NCBI GenBank assembly: GCA_963695195.1
Contig: CAVOGE010000007.1
Coordinates: 767,756 to 831,755 of the forward strand
Reading direction: 5' to 3'
Source: an uncultured Chloroflexia bacterium
GTDB taxonomy: Bacteria; Chloroflexota; Limnocylindria; QHBO01
Length of the DNA: 64,000 nt
The translations under genes were made by a program, and so were the position numbers. This document shows, piece by piece, positions 36,091-44,753 of this stretch. The notes under the pieces are model-generated. The model did no database searches. It saw only the letters and a list, made by a program, of their open reading frames with translations, and had not been told where the DNA came from. Positions within the stretch are counted from its first letter, which is position 1, and each line of letters starts with the position of its first letter.

Positions 36091-37686
36091 ATGAGCGAGC
36101 CGACCGCTCCAATCCTGCGGCCCGTGGCCGCCTGGACCGTCCTGGTGATCGCCTCGCTGGGTGTCTTCCTGGGCGGCGCGGAACTGATGGTGGTGGCGAT
36201 CGCGCTGCCTTCGATCGTGGTCGACTTTGGGGGCTGGGCGGACCTGGCGCGGACCAGCTGGATCGTGAACGGCTACCTGGTCGCTTACGTGGTCGCGATG
36301 CCGCTCGCTGGCCGTGCCGCGGACCTGTGGGGCGCACGGCGGCTGTACGTCGTGGCGCTCCTCCTGTTCTCCGCCGGCAGCCTGGGCGCTGCCCTGTCGC
36401 GCTTCGCCGGTCCCGAGGCGGGGATCGGCTGGCTGATCGGTGCCCGCGTCGTGCAGGGCCTCGGCGGTGGGGCGCTCGTGCCGCTCTCGATGACGCTGGC
36501 CAGCCACCTGTTCGCCGGCCGCGCGCGCGCCACGGCGCTGGGAATCGAGGGGGCCGCCGCATTCGTCGGCATGGCCGTCGGTCCAGCCTACGGCGCCTGG
36601 GTGCTGCTGAATGTGTCCCTGCCGGTTCCGGGGCTCGACCTGGCCGGCTGGCAGTGGATCTTCTTCCTGAACGTGCCGGCCGGCCTGATCACCCTGGTCC
36701 TGCTCTACGTTGTGGCGGGCGGGGTCGAGACACCGCGGGCCCGAGGGCGCCTGGACCTGGTCGGCGGGCTGCTCGTCTCGGTCACCCTGCTCCTGGGGGT
36801 GGGCGCCCTGTCGCTTGCCGGGCAGCGGGGCTGGGGAGATCCACTCATCGCGGGCGGACTGGCGGCGTCGGCGATCACGCTGGTCGCCTTCGTGGCCCTG
36901 GAGCTCGGCCGTCGCTGGCCGCTGGTCGACCCGCGCCTCTTTCGCTCCGTCGAGTTCTCGGCCGCGAACGCGGTCAGCCTGCTGACCGGGTACACCCTGG
37001 CGACCATGATCATCGGCGGCCCGGTCTTCGTGAACCGCGTGCTGAACACGGGGCCCGACCAGGCAGCCGCGGCCCTCACTGCGCTCAGCCTCGCGATCGC
37101 GGGCGGGGCCCTGGTGGGCGGCGTCGCCTCGGGACGGATCGGAGAGCGGCTGCCCACCTTCGCCGGCGTGGCCGTCAGCGCGGTCGGCCTGTGGCTTGCA
37201 CTCGGCTGGGAGGTCGGGACCGAGCTGTCTCGCCTCCAGCGCGACCTGGCGCTGTTCGGCGTCGGCTTCGGGCTGACCGTCTCGCCGCGCGCCACCGCGG
37301 CGGTCGAGGCCGCGGGCGCATCGGCCTACGGGGTCGCCAGCGCCATGATGCAGATCACACGGACGATCGGGATGAGCGTCGGCCTTGCGCTGTTGACCAG
37401 CATCGGTCAGAACCGGATCGACGAGCTGAACGCGTTGATCAACGATCCGACGCGACGCGACGCGCTGGTGGTGACCCTGGGGCACCCGGAATTCGTGGGG
37501 ATCGATCCACGGGGAAGCCTGGCGCTGATCGACCTGCTCGAGTCCTGGTCGCGCGGCGAGGCTGCGGACGTGCTGCGGCTGGTATTCAGCCTCGCCCTGG
37601 GCGTGGCGGTGGCCACGCTCCCGGTGGCGCTGGGCGTGTCAGCTCGGAATCGGAGCCGACCGAACGGCCGACAGGCGGAGTCCTAG
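36091..37686 (+). CDS. MFS transporter, 14-TMS DHA2-like
   Basis: 531 aa. MFS motif A-like GRAADLWGARR. 14 predicted TM segments. Confidence 0.85.
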   Translation: MSEPTAPILRPVAAWTVLVIASLGVFLGGAELMVVAIALPSIVVDFGGWADLARTSWIVNGYLVAYVVAMPLAGRAADLWGARRLYVVALLLFSAGSLGAALSRFAGPEAGIGWLIGARVVQGLGGGALVPLSMTLASHLFAGRARATALGIEGAAAFVGMAVGPAYGAWVLLNVSLPVPGLDLAGWQWIFFLNVPAGLITLVLLYVVAGGVETPRARGRLDLVGGLLVSVTLLLGVGALSLAGQRGWGDPLIAGGLAASAITLVAFVALELGRRWPLVDPRLFRSVEFSAANAVSLLTGYTLATMIIGGPVFVNRVLNTGPDQAAAALTALSLAIAGGALVGGVASGRIGERLPTFAGVAVSAVGLWLALGWEVGTELSRLQRDLALFGVGFGLTVSPRATAAVEAAGASAYGVASAMMQITRTIGMSVGLALLTSIGQNRIDELNALINDPTRRDALVVTLGHPEFVGIDPRGSLALIDLLESWSRGEAADVLRLVFSLALGVAVATLPVALGVSARNRSRPNGRQAES

Positions 37687-38369
37687 AGGATCGGCTCGGC
37701 CACCACGACCAGCTCGCCCCAGTTGCGGTTGTAGCCCTGGCTCGTCTGCAGGGTGAGCCGCTCGTGGTCGACCGGCTTGGTCCACCACACGCCGGCGCAG
37801 CCGGGAGGTGCGTACAGCATCGCGGGGGGCAGCTTCCACGCGGCCTCGGCGCGGTCGTCGGGGCAGCTCACGTTGGGGTGGATCTCCGTGACCCGGTAGC
37901 GCAGCACCTGGTCGTCGGACATGAGGATCTTGACCTCGGCGCCCAGGAGGACATTCCAGAGTGGCTTGAACAGGTTCAACTGGGCATGCGCGAAGAGATA
38001 GCTGGTGGTGCCGCGTCCCGGCTGTGAGCTCTCGCGCAGGATGTAGGCACCGTCGTGGGGAGGGAAGTCGTCGTGACCGGGGAGCACGGCCTGCATGACC
38101 GGGATGTTGATGCCGACCGACTCGATCTGGATCTGCGCCGCAACCCAGTCTGCCGGGATCGGCGTCGGTGAGGGAGTCGGGGCGTCGGTGGGCGCCGAGC
38201 CGGTCGGACTCGGACTCACCACGGCGACCTGGCTGCTCGGGTCGGGGATGTCGGGCAGGCTCGGGCTGGGGCGCGCGTCGAGGTCCAGCTGGCCGACCAG
38301 GATCAGCCCCACGCCCGCGACGGCAAGCAGCAGCGGCAGCGCGATGGTCGGAGCGGAGAGGCGCCTCAT
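37683..38369 (-). CDS. Sortase-fold membrane-anchored protein with Ser in place of the catalytic Cys
   Basis: N-terminal TM and a Pro/Ser/Thr linker. LFAHAQ aligns to the sortase His block. LTLQTS aligns to TLxTC (the Ser codon AGC was verified). NRNWGELVVVA aligns to the Arg block. Confidence 0.55.
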   Translation of the reverse strand: MRRLSAPTIALPLLLAVAGVGLILVGQLDLDARPSPSLPDIPDPSSQVAVVSPSPTGSAPTDAPTPSPTPIPADWVAAQIQIESVGINIPVMQAVLPGHDDFPPHDGAYILRESSQPGRGTTSYLFAHAQLNLFKPLWNVLLGAEVKILMSDDQVLRYRVTEIHPNVSCPDDRAEAAWKLPPAMLYAPPGCAGVWWTKPVDHERLTLQTSQGYNRNWGELVVVAEPIL

Positions 38370-38391
38370 GCGCCGGAGTCTAGCAAGCGCG

Positions 38392-39846
38392 CTAGAAGAG
38401 GCTCGCGACCGAGGCCTGGAGGAAGGTGAGCACCGGCTCCGGGAAGAGCCCCAGGGCCAGGACGGCGACCACCGAGATCGCCAGCGCAGCGACGCCGAGC
38501 GGCGAACGATCGATCGGTGCCGGCTCGGCCTCGGGGTCGCGCATGTACATGTAGACGATCACGCGCAGGTAGTAGAACGCGGCCAGCGCGGCATTCAGGG
38601 CGATCGCCACCGCGAGCCATGCGACGCCGGCATCGACGGTCGCGATCAGCACGTACAGCTTGGCGAAGAAGCCGACCGTCGGCGGGATGCCTGTCAGCGA
38701 CAGGAGCAGGATCGCCATCCCGGCGGCCAGCCACGGCGCGCGTGCGGCCAGGCCCGCGAAGCCGCCCAACCCGCCGAAGCGGCGCGGGTCGCGCTGCAGC
38801 ATGCCGACGACCGCGAAGGCAGCCAGGTTCATGACGCCATAGCCGAGCACGTAGAAGAGGACCGACTCGATCCCCTGCGCGCGGATGTCGGGGTTCGTCG
38901 CGTGGGCGAACGCGGCCAGGCCGGCCAGGATGTAGCCGGTGTGAGCAATGCTCGAGTAGGCGAGCATGCGCTTCACGTTGGTCTGGGTGAGCGCCACGAT
39001 GTTGCCGCCGGTCATGGTCACCACCGCCAGGATCGCCATCACACCGAACCAGTCCGCGCTCATCGGGCCGAGCCCCTCGGCGAAGAGGCGCACCAGCAGG
39101 GCAAAGGCACCGAGCTTTGGCCCAACTGAGAGAAAGCCGGTGATCGGCGTTGGCGCGCCCTGGTACGCGTCGGGGGTCCAGAAGTGGAACGGCACGGCGG
39201 CCGCCTTGAAGGTGGCGCCCACGGTCAGCAGCCCGATCGCCAGGATCCCGGCCGGGCCTGCCGCGTTCGCCAGGTCGCTCATCCCATCGATCCGCGTTGT
39301 CCCGGTCAGCCCGTACGTCCAGCTGATCCCGAAGAGCAGGATGGCGCTGGCGAACGATCCGAGCAGGAAGTACTTGAGACCGCCCTCGTTGCTGTACCGA
39401 TCGGTCTTGTGGAAGGCGGTCATCAGGTAGGCGGGCATGACCATCAGCTCGAGGCCGATGAAGAGTGTGATCAGGTCAGCGCTCGAGGCCAGCACGAACA
39501 TGCCGATCAGGCTGAAGACGAGGATCGCGTTGAACTCGCCGAGCGGCAGCCGGCGCTGCGCCAGGTAGGAGGGGGCGAAGAGCGCCGCCAGGATGCCGAT
39601 GACCACGGTCGCGGCCTTGAAGAAGACCGACAGGTCGTCGACCACGTAGAAGCCCTCGAAGATGCGGTCGTTGACGCCCCAGACCGGGATGCAGGCGGCG
39701 CCGACCAGGACAAGGCCGGCCACGGTGATGGGCGTCAGGATCCACTTGCCGCTCGGTGGCAGGAACAGGTCCACGGTGATGATCGCCAGCACCAGGAGGA
39801 CCAGGATCAGCTCGGGGAGGAGCGGGGCGAGGTCGATCAGCTGCAT
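38392..39846 (-). CDS. nuoN: NADH-quinone oxidoreductase subunit N
   Basis: 484 aa antiporter-like subunit. Last gene of the nuo operon. Confidence 0.9.
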   Translation of the reverse strand: MQLIDLAPLLPELILVLLVLAIITVDLFLPPSGKWILTPITVAGLVLVGAACIPVWGVNDRIFEGFYVVDDLSVFFKAATVVIGILAALFAPSYLAQRRLPLGEFNAILVFSLIGMFVLASSADLITLFIGLELMVMPAYLMTAFHKTDRYSNEGGLKYFLLGSFASAILLFGISWTYGLTGTTRIDGMSDLANAAGPAGILAIGLLTVGATFKAAAVPFHFWTPDAYQGAPTPITGFLSVGPKLGAFALLVRLFAEGLGPMSADWFGVMAILAVVTMTGGNIVALTQTNVKRMLAYSSIAHTGYILAGLAAFAHATNPDIRAQGIESVLFYVLGYGVMNLAAFAVVGMLQRDPRRFGGLGGFAGLAARAPWLAAGMAILLLSLTGIPPTVGFFAKLYVLIATVDAGVAWLAVAIALNAALAAFYYLRVIVYMYMRDPEAEPAPIDRSPLGVAALAISVVAVLALGLFPEPVLTFLQASVASLF

Positions 39847-39856
39847 CGGTCCGTCC

Positions 39857-41380
39857 TCACCACGGCAGGCTGAACGAGGTCAGCCCCTGCGAGGATTCGA
39901 TCGCCTCGATGATGCGATCGACCGGCCCGCTGATCGCATCGAGCACTGGTCCCGGGAAGACGCCCAGCGCGACGACCAGCACGATCAGCGGCGCCAGCGC
40001 CAGCCACTCGTTGCGGTTCATGTCCCTGAGCGACGGCCACCAGCGGCGCATCCAGTCCGAGGGAACCGCGAAGAAGACGCGCTGGAACATCCAGAGCATG
40101 TATACCGCGCTCATGATCACCACGAGCATCGTGGCGGCGGCCACCCAGCCGGAGTACTGGAACGCGCCCAGCAGGACCAGGAACTCGCCGATGAAGCCCG
40201 ACAGGCCGGGCAGGCCGATGCTGGCGAAGGTGAAGAGGCCGAAGATCGCGGCGTACTGCGGCATCCGCGCATTGAGGCCGCCCATGTGCGCGATCGCCCG
40301 GTCGTGGGTGCGCTCGTAGATCACCCCGACCAGCAGGAAGAGGGCGCCGGTGGTGATGCCGTGGCTGATCATCTGGAAGATGGCGCCCTGGAGCCCCTGG
40401 ACGTTGAAGACGAAGGCGCCCAGCGTGACGAAGCCCATGTGGCTGACCGATGAATACGCGATCAGCTTCTTCAGGTCGGGCTGCACCATGCTCACCATGG
40501 CGCCGTACAGGACCGCGATCACGGCCAGGGCGATCACGAACGGCGCAAAGCTGACCGCAGCATCGGGAAGCAGCGGCAGGGAGTAGCGCAGGAAGCCGTA
40601 GCCGCCCAGCTTCAGCAGGACGCCGGCCAGGATGATGCTGCCGGCGGTGGGCGCCTCGACGTGGGCATCGGGCAGCCAGGTGTGGAACGGCCACATCGGG
40701 ACCTTGATGGCGAACGCGAGGAAGAACGCAACGAACGCCAGCGCCTGGAGTCCGTCGGCGTAGCCGAAGCCGCGCAGCGTCTCGTAGCTGAAGGTGAACG
40801 GGTGCCCGGCCCCCGCATGCGCGATCGCCACCGCCAGGATGGCGACCAGCATCAACAGCGAGCCGACCAGGGTGTAGATCACGAACTTGACGGTGGCGTA
40901 GATTCGCCGCGGTCCGCCCCAGATGCCGATGATCAGGTACATCGGAATCAGGCTGATCTCCCAGAAGACGTAGAACAGGAAGAGGTCGAGCGAGACGAAG
41001 ACGCCGAGCATGCCGACCATCAGCAGCAGCATCGCCGCGTAGTACTCCTTGACGCGGACCCGGATCGGATCCCAGGAGTAGAAGATGCTGACCACGCTCA
41101 GGACCGTGGTGAGCAGCACCAGGACGACCGAAAGCCCGTCCACGCCGAGCGTGTAGCGCATCCCGAAGGCGGGGATCCAGGAGAGATCCTCGCGGTACTG
41201 GAACTCCGCTCCGGCGGTGCTGTAGCCGAGCAGCGCCAGGCTGAACCCGAAGCTGGCGAGCGATGCCAGCAGCGCGATCCAGCGCACGGCACGGTGGTTA
41301 TCGCCGGGGACGAGGAGCAGGACCACGACGCCGATAAGCGGCGAGAAGACGATGAGAGAGAGGATCGGCAGATCGCTCAT
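39857..41380 (-). CDS. nuoM: NADH-quinone oxidoreductase subunit M
   Basis: Start at Met58 of the six-frame ORF (MSDLPILSLIV), overlapping the nuoL stop. Typical NuoM blocks. Confidence 0.9.
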   Translation of the reverse strand: MSDLPILSLIVFSPLIGVVVLLLVPGDNHRAVRWIALLASLASFGFSLALLGYSTAGAEFQYREDLSWIPAFGMRYTLGVDGLSVVLVLLTTVLSVVSIFYSWDPIRVRVKEYYAAMLLLMVGMLGVFVSLDLFLFYVFWEISLIPMYLIIGIWGGPRRIYATVKFVIYTLVGSLLMLVAILAVAIAHAGAGHPFTFSYETLRGFGYADGLQALAFVAFFLAFAIKVPMWPFHTWLPDAHVEAPTAGSIILAGVLLKLGGYGFLRYSLPLLPDAAVSFAPFVIALAVIAVLYGAMVSMVQPDLKKLIAYSSVSHMGFVTLGAFVFNVQGLQGAIFQMISHGITTGALFLLVGVIYERTHDRAIAHMGGLNARMPQYAAIFGLFTFASIGLPGLSGFIGEFLVLLGAFQYSGWVAAATMLVVIMSAVYMLWMFQRVFFAVPSDWMRRWWPSLRDMNRNEWLALAPLIVLVVALGVFPGPVLDAISGPVDRIIEAIESSQGLTSFSLPW

Positions 41381-43608
41381 GGCCGCAGCACCAGGTAGGC
41401 GACCAGCACCAGCGCCAGGCCGGCGGCCATCCCCAGTCCGTAGTTCTCGACGCGGCCGGTCTGTGCTCGCCGCAGCAGCCCGCCGAACCGTTGGGCGATC
41501 CACCCGGCGCCGTTGACCGCGCCGTCGATCACCTTGGCGTCGAACCACCACAGGGCGTTGCCGACCAGCACGCCGCCGCGCGCCCAGACGAGGCCGTACA
41601 GGTCATCCACGTAGTACTTGTTCAGGCTGGCCGCGTACATCCCCGGTCCGAGGCCGAACGGGATGCGGACGACGAAGCGCCGCGGCGCCTCCGGATCACC
41701 GACGTACCAGCGATGCGCCAGCCAGATCCCGGCCACCCCCACCGACGCGCCGATAAGCAGCAGCAGTCCCCCGATCCCGAACAGCTCGAAGCCGTGGTGC
41801 TCGCCGGCGGCGATCGAGCCAGAAAGGATGCCGGCGCCAGCCTCCTCCGCGCCGTGGAAGACTTCCTCCAGCCAGGTGTGGATGAAGCCGCCCTCCGGAG
41901 GAAGTCCCAGGACCAGGCCGATCAGCGCGGTCGGGACGGCCAGGATGATGAGCGGCCAGACCATGGTCGGCGCCGACTCGTGAACGTGGTGCCAGGCGTC
42001 GCGCGGTCCGCGCCACGCCCCGTGGAAGGTCATGAAGATCATGCGGAAGGTGTAGAAGGCGGTCATGAAGGCGACGATCACGCCGACCGCGTAGAACAAG
42101 TAGTAGCCGCGGTTGAACGACTCGGCCAGGATCTCGTCCTTACTGAAGAATCCCGCAAAGAGCGGGATCCCGGCGAGCGCCAGCGCCCCGACCACCATCG
42201 TTCGGTAGGTCCACCTCATGCGTTCACGCAACCCGCCCATGAAGCGCATGTCCTGCTCGCCGGACGCCCCGTGGATGACCGAGCCGGAGCCCATGAAGAG
42301 GAGCCCCTTGAAGAAGCCGTGGCTGACCAGGTGGAAGATGGCCGCCACCCAGGCACCGATCCCCAGCGCGAAGAACATGTAGGCCAGCTGGCTCACCGTC
42401 GAGTAGGCGAGCACCTTCTTGATGTCGTTCTGGGTCAGCGCGATCGCGGCGGCAAAGATGGCGGTGAAGACGCCGATGCCGGCCACCACCCACATGGCGA
42501 CCGGGCTCTCCACGAAGATCGGGTTGGCGCGGGCGACCATGTAGACCCCGGCGTTGACCATCGTCGCGGCATGGATCAGCGCGCTGACCGGGGTGGGACC
42601 CTCCATCGCGTCCGGCAGCCAGACGTGCAGCGGGAACTGGGCGCTCTTGCCGACCGCGCCGGCGAAGAGGAGCAGCGCGATGACCGTCACGGCGGTCGGG
42701 TCGAGGCCGCCGATGCCGGCGAAGACCTCCTCGAAGTTGAGGGTTCCCAGCATCGTCCAGATCATCATGATCCCGAGGCCGAAGCCGAAGTCGCCGACCC
42801 GGTTGACCACGAACGCCTTCTTGGCAGCACCGGCCGCCGAGGGCTTCTTGTACCAGAAGCCGATGAGCGCGTAGCTGCACAGGCCGACCGCCTCCCAGCC
42901 GACGTACAGCATCAGGAAGTTGTCGCCCAGGATCAGCAGCAGCATGCTGAACATGAACAGGTTCAGGTAGGCGAAGAAGCGCCACAGCCCGCGGTCGCCG
43001 TCCATGTAGCCGATGCTGTAGACGTGGACCAGCAGGCCGACCGTGCTCACCACCAGGAGCAGCGCGGCGGTCAGGCCGTCAACCAAGAACGCGATCTCGA
43101 TCTGGAAGTCGCCCGACACGATCCATTCGTAGACCGAGACGTGGTACACGTTGCCGCCGAAGACCACGTTGGCGAAGACGATCATGGAAAAGGCCCAGGC
43201 GATCCCGACCAGTGCGGTCGGCACCCACCAGGACCGATAGCTCGGGCGCGGGCCGCCCTCGACCACATGCCCGGCCTGTCCAAGCCCGTCGTTCATGTCG
43301 TCAGGGATCACCCCGTCGGCTCCGCTGCTGTTGGCCAGGTCGTCCGCGTGGCCGGCGTGCGGCGAGCTGAGCGCCTGCTCCTCCTCGGACGGGATGGCGC
43401 GGAACGCGGAGTCGTCGACCTCGCCGGAATCGTGCCCATCACCGCCGTGGCCTGCGTGCCCGCCATGGTCATCGGCGTGCGCGTCGTCGCCGTGCTCATC
43501 GTGGCCATGCGACGGAACGCGATCCAGCCGCGAACCTGCGAGCACGGCGAACAGGAAGCCGGCCAGCGGCAGCGCCGGGATGAGGGCGATCAACAGCTCG
43601 GTCGACAT
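41377..43608 (-). CDS. nuoL: NADH-quinone oxidoreductase subunit L with an about 110-aa His/Asp-rich insertion after TM1
   Basis: 743 aa against about 630 typical. Conserved NuoL core and a long C-terminal helix region. The insert is RVPSHGHDEHGDDAHADDHGGHAGHGGDGHDSG... Confidence 0.9.
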   Translation of the reverse strand: MSTELLIALIPALPLAGFLFAVLAGSRLDRVPSHGHDEHGDDAHADDHGGHAGHGGDGHDSGEVDDSAFRAIPSEEEQALSSPHAGHADDLANSSGADGVIPDDMNDGLGQAGHVVEGGPRPSYRSWWVPTALVGIAWAFSMIVFANVVFGGNVYHVSVYEWIVSGDFQIEIAFLVDGLTAALLLVVSTVGLLVHVYSIGYMDGDRGLWRFFAYLNLFMFSMLLLILGDNFLMLYVGWEAVGLCSYALIGFWYKKPSAAGAAKKAFVVNRVGDFGFGLGIMMIWTMLGTLNFEEVFAGIGGLDPTAVTVIALLLFAGAVGKSAQFPLHVWLPDAMEGPTPVSALIHAATMVNAGVYMVARANPIFVESPVAMWVVAGIGVFTAIFAAAIALTQNDIKKVLAYSTVSQLAYMFFALGIGAWVAAIFHLVSHGFFKGLLFMGSGSVIHGASGEQDMRFMGGLRERMRWTYRTMVVGALALAGIPLFAGFFSKDEILAESFNRGYYLFYAVGVIVAFMTAFYTFRMIFMTFHGAWRGPRDAWHHVHESAPTMVWPLIILAVPTALIGLVLGLPPEGGFIHTWLEEVFHGAEEAGAGILSGSIAAGEHHGFELFGIGGLLLLIGASVGVAGIWLAHRWYVGDPEAPRRFVVRIPFGLGPGMYAASLNKYYVDDLYGLVWARGGVLVGNALWWFDAKVIDGAVNGAGWIAQRFGGLLRRAQTGRVENYGLGMAAGLALVLVAYLVLRP

Positions 43609-43612
43609 CGGT

Positions 43613-43918
43613 CTATTCCTTCAGGTCCGCGTACTGGTCAACCTCGGCCGTCTTGCGCGTGCGGATGATGGCGATCACCAGCGCAAGCCCGACCGTGGCC
43701 TCGGCAGCGGCCACCGCCATGACCAGCAGGGCGAAGATGGCGCCCGCAGGTGAGCCGTCGGGCGCGTAGGCGTTGAATGCGACCAGCGACAGGTTGACCG
43801 CGTTGAGCATCAGCTCGATCGAGATCAGCATCAGGATCGCGTTCCGACGCGCCATGAAGCCAAAGGCGCCGATCCCGAACAGGATCGCGGAGACGAGGAG
43901 GTAGCCCTGCAGCCCCAT
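43613..43918 (-). CDS. nuoK: NADH-quinone oxidoreductase subunit K
   Basis: 101 aa: MGLQGYLLVSAILFGIGAFGFMARRNAILMLISIELMLNAVNL... Confidence 0.9.
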   Translation of the reverse strand: MGLQGYLLVSAILFGIGAFGFMARRNAILMLISIELMLNAVNLSLVAFNAYAPDGSPAGAIFALLVMAVAAAEATVGLALVIAIIRTRKTAEVDQYADLKE

Positions 43919-44427
43919 CAGTTGGCCCCCTCGTCGTCTTCGGGGCGGCGGGCGATGTAGATGGCACCGATGATCGCCACCAGCAGCAGCAGGCTGAGGA
44001 TCTCGAAGGGCAGTGCATAGTCGGTGAAGAGCGCGGTGGCGATCGTCTCGACGCTCACCGCGGTGACCTCCAGGGCGCCGTGCCAATCGGTCTGGGTGAC
44101 GGTGTAGCCGATCAACCCCACGATGATCAGCGCCACCAGCCCCGCGACCCAGACCTGCGGATGGAACGGGCGCGGCAGGTTCGCGTCGCCCGCCTGGGTG
44201 AGCATGATCGCGAACAGGATCAGGACGCTGATGGCGCCGAGGTAGATGAGCACCTGGGCGGCAGCCACGATGGGGGCGCCCAGCAGCGCATACATCCCCG
44301 CCAGCGAGCCGAAGCAGACCATCATCGCCACGGCGCTGTGGATGATGTTGCGCAGCGTGACGACCAGCAGTCCGGCACCGATGACGCCGACGGCGAGCAG
44401 GATGAAGAGGACGCCGGAGAGGTCCAG
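43918..44427 (-). CDS. nuoJ: NADH-quinone oxidoreductase subunit J (probable CTG start)
   Basis: The conserved N-terminus LFILLAVGVIGAGLLVVTLRNIIHSA lies upstream of the first ATG, GTG or TTG. The only in-frame candidate after the stop is CTG 44425-44427, 8 nt after AGGAG. Confidence 0.7.
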   Translation of the reverse strand: MDLSGVLFILLAVGVIGAGLLVVTLRNIIHSAVAMMVCFGSLAGMYALLGAPIVAAAQVLIYLGAISVLILFAIMLTQAGDANLPRPFHPQVWVAGLVALIIVGLIGYTVTQTDWHGALEVTAVSVETIATALFTDYALPFEILSLLLLVAIIGAIYIARRPEDDEGAN

Positions 44428-44753
44428 GGCTGCGGCTCCTGCTGGGTGATTGAGCGCTCAAACGGCCTCGCCGATCAGAGATCCGAGGCCGTATCCGATT
44501 CTAGCGCAGCCCGAGTTCGGCTTACGCCGTTGCCAGGGGGCCTCGCGGCAGGCTCCGGGCGAAATGCTCAGCATCTGAGCATATGGACAGGGATATGCCT
44601 CAAATGCCCTCGATTCGTCGCCGTTCCGCTCAGCTGCCGAGCATTCGGCCGGCATTCCACACCATCTCGGCTCTTGTGCTCAGATGCTGAGCAGCCATCC
44701 CTTCAGAGGCGAGCATCACCAGCCGAGGAAATGGTTGCCCACCTCATCAACTC

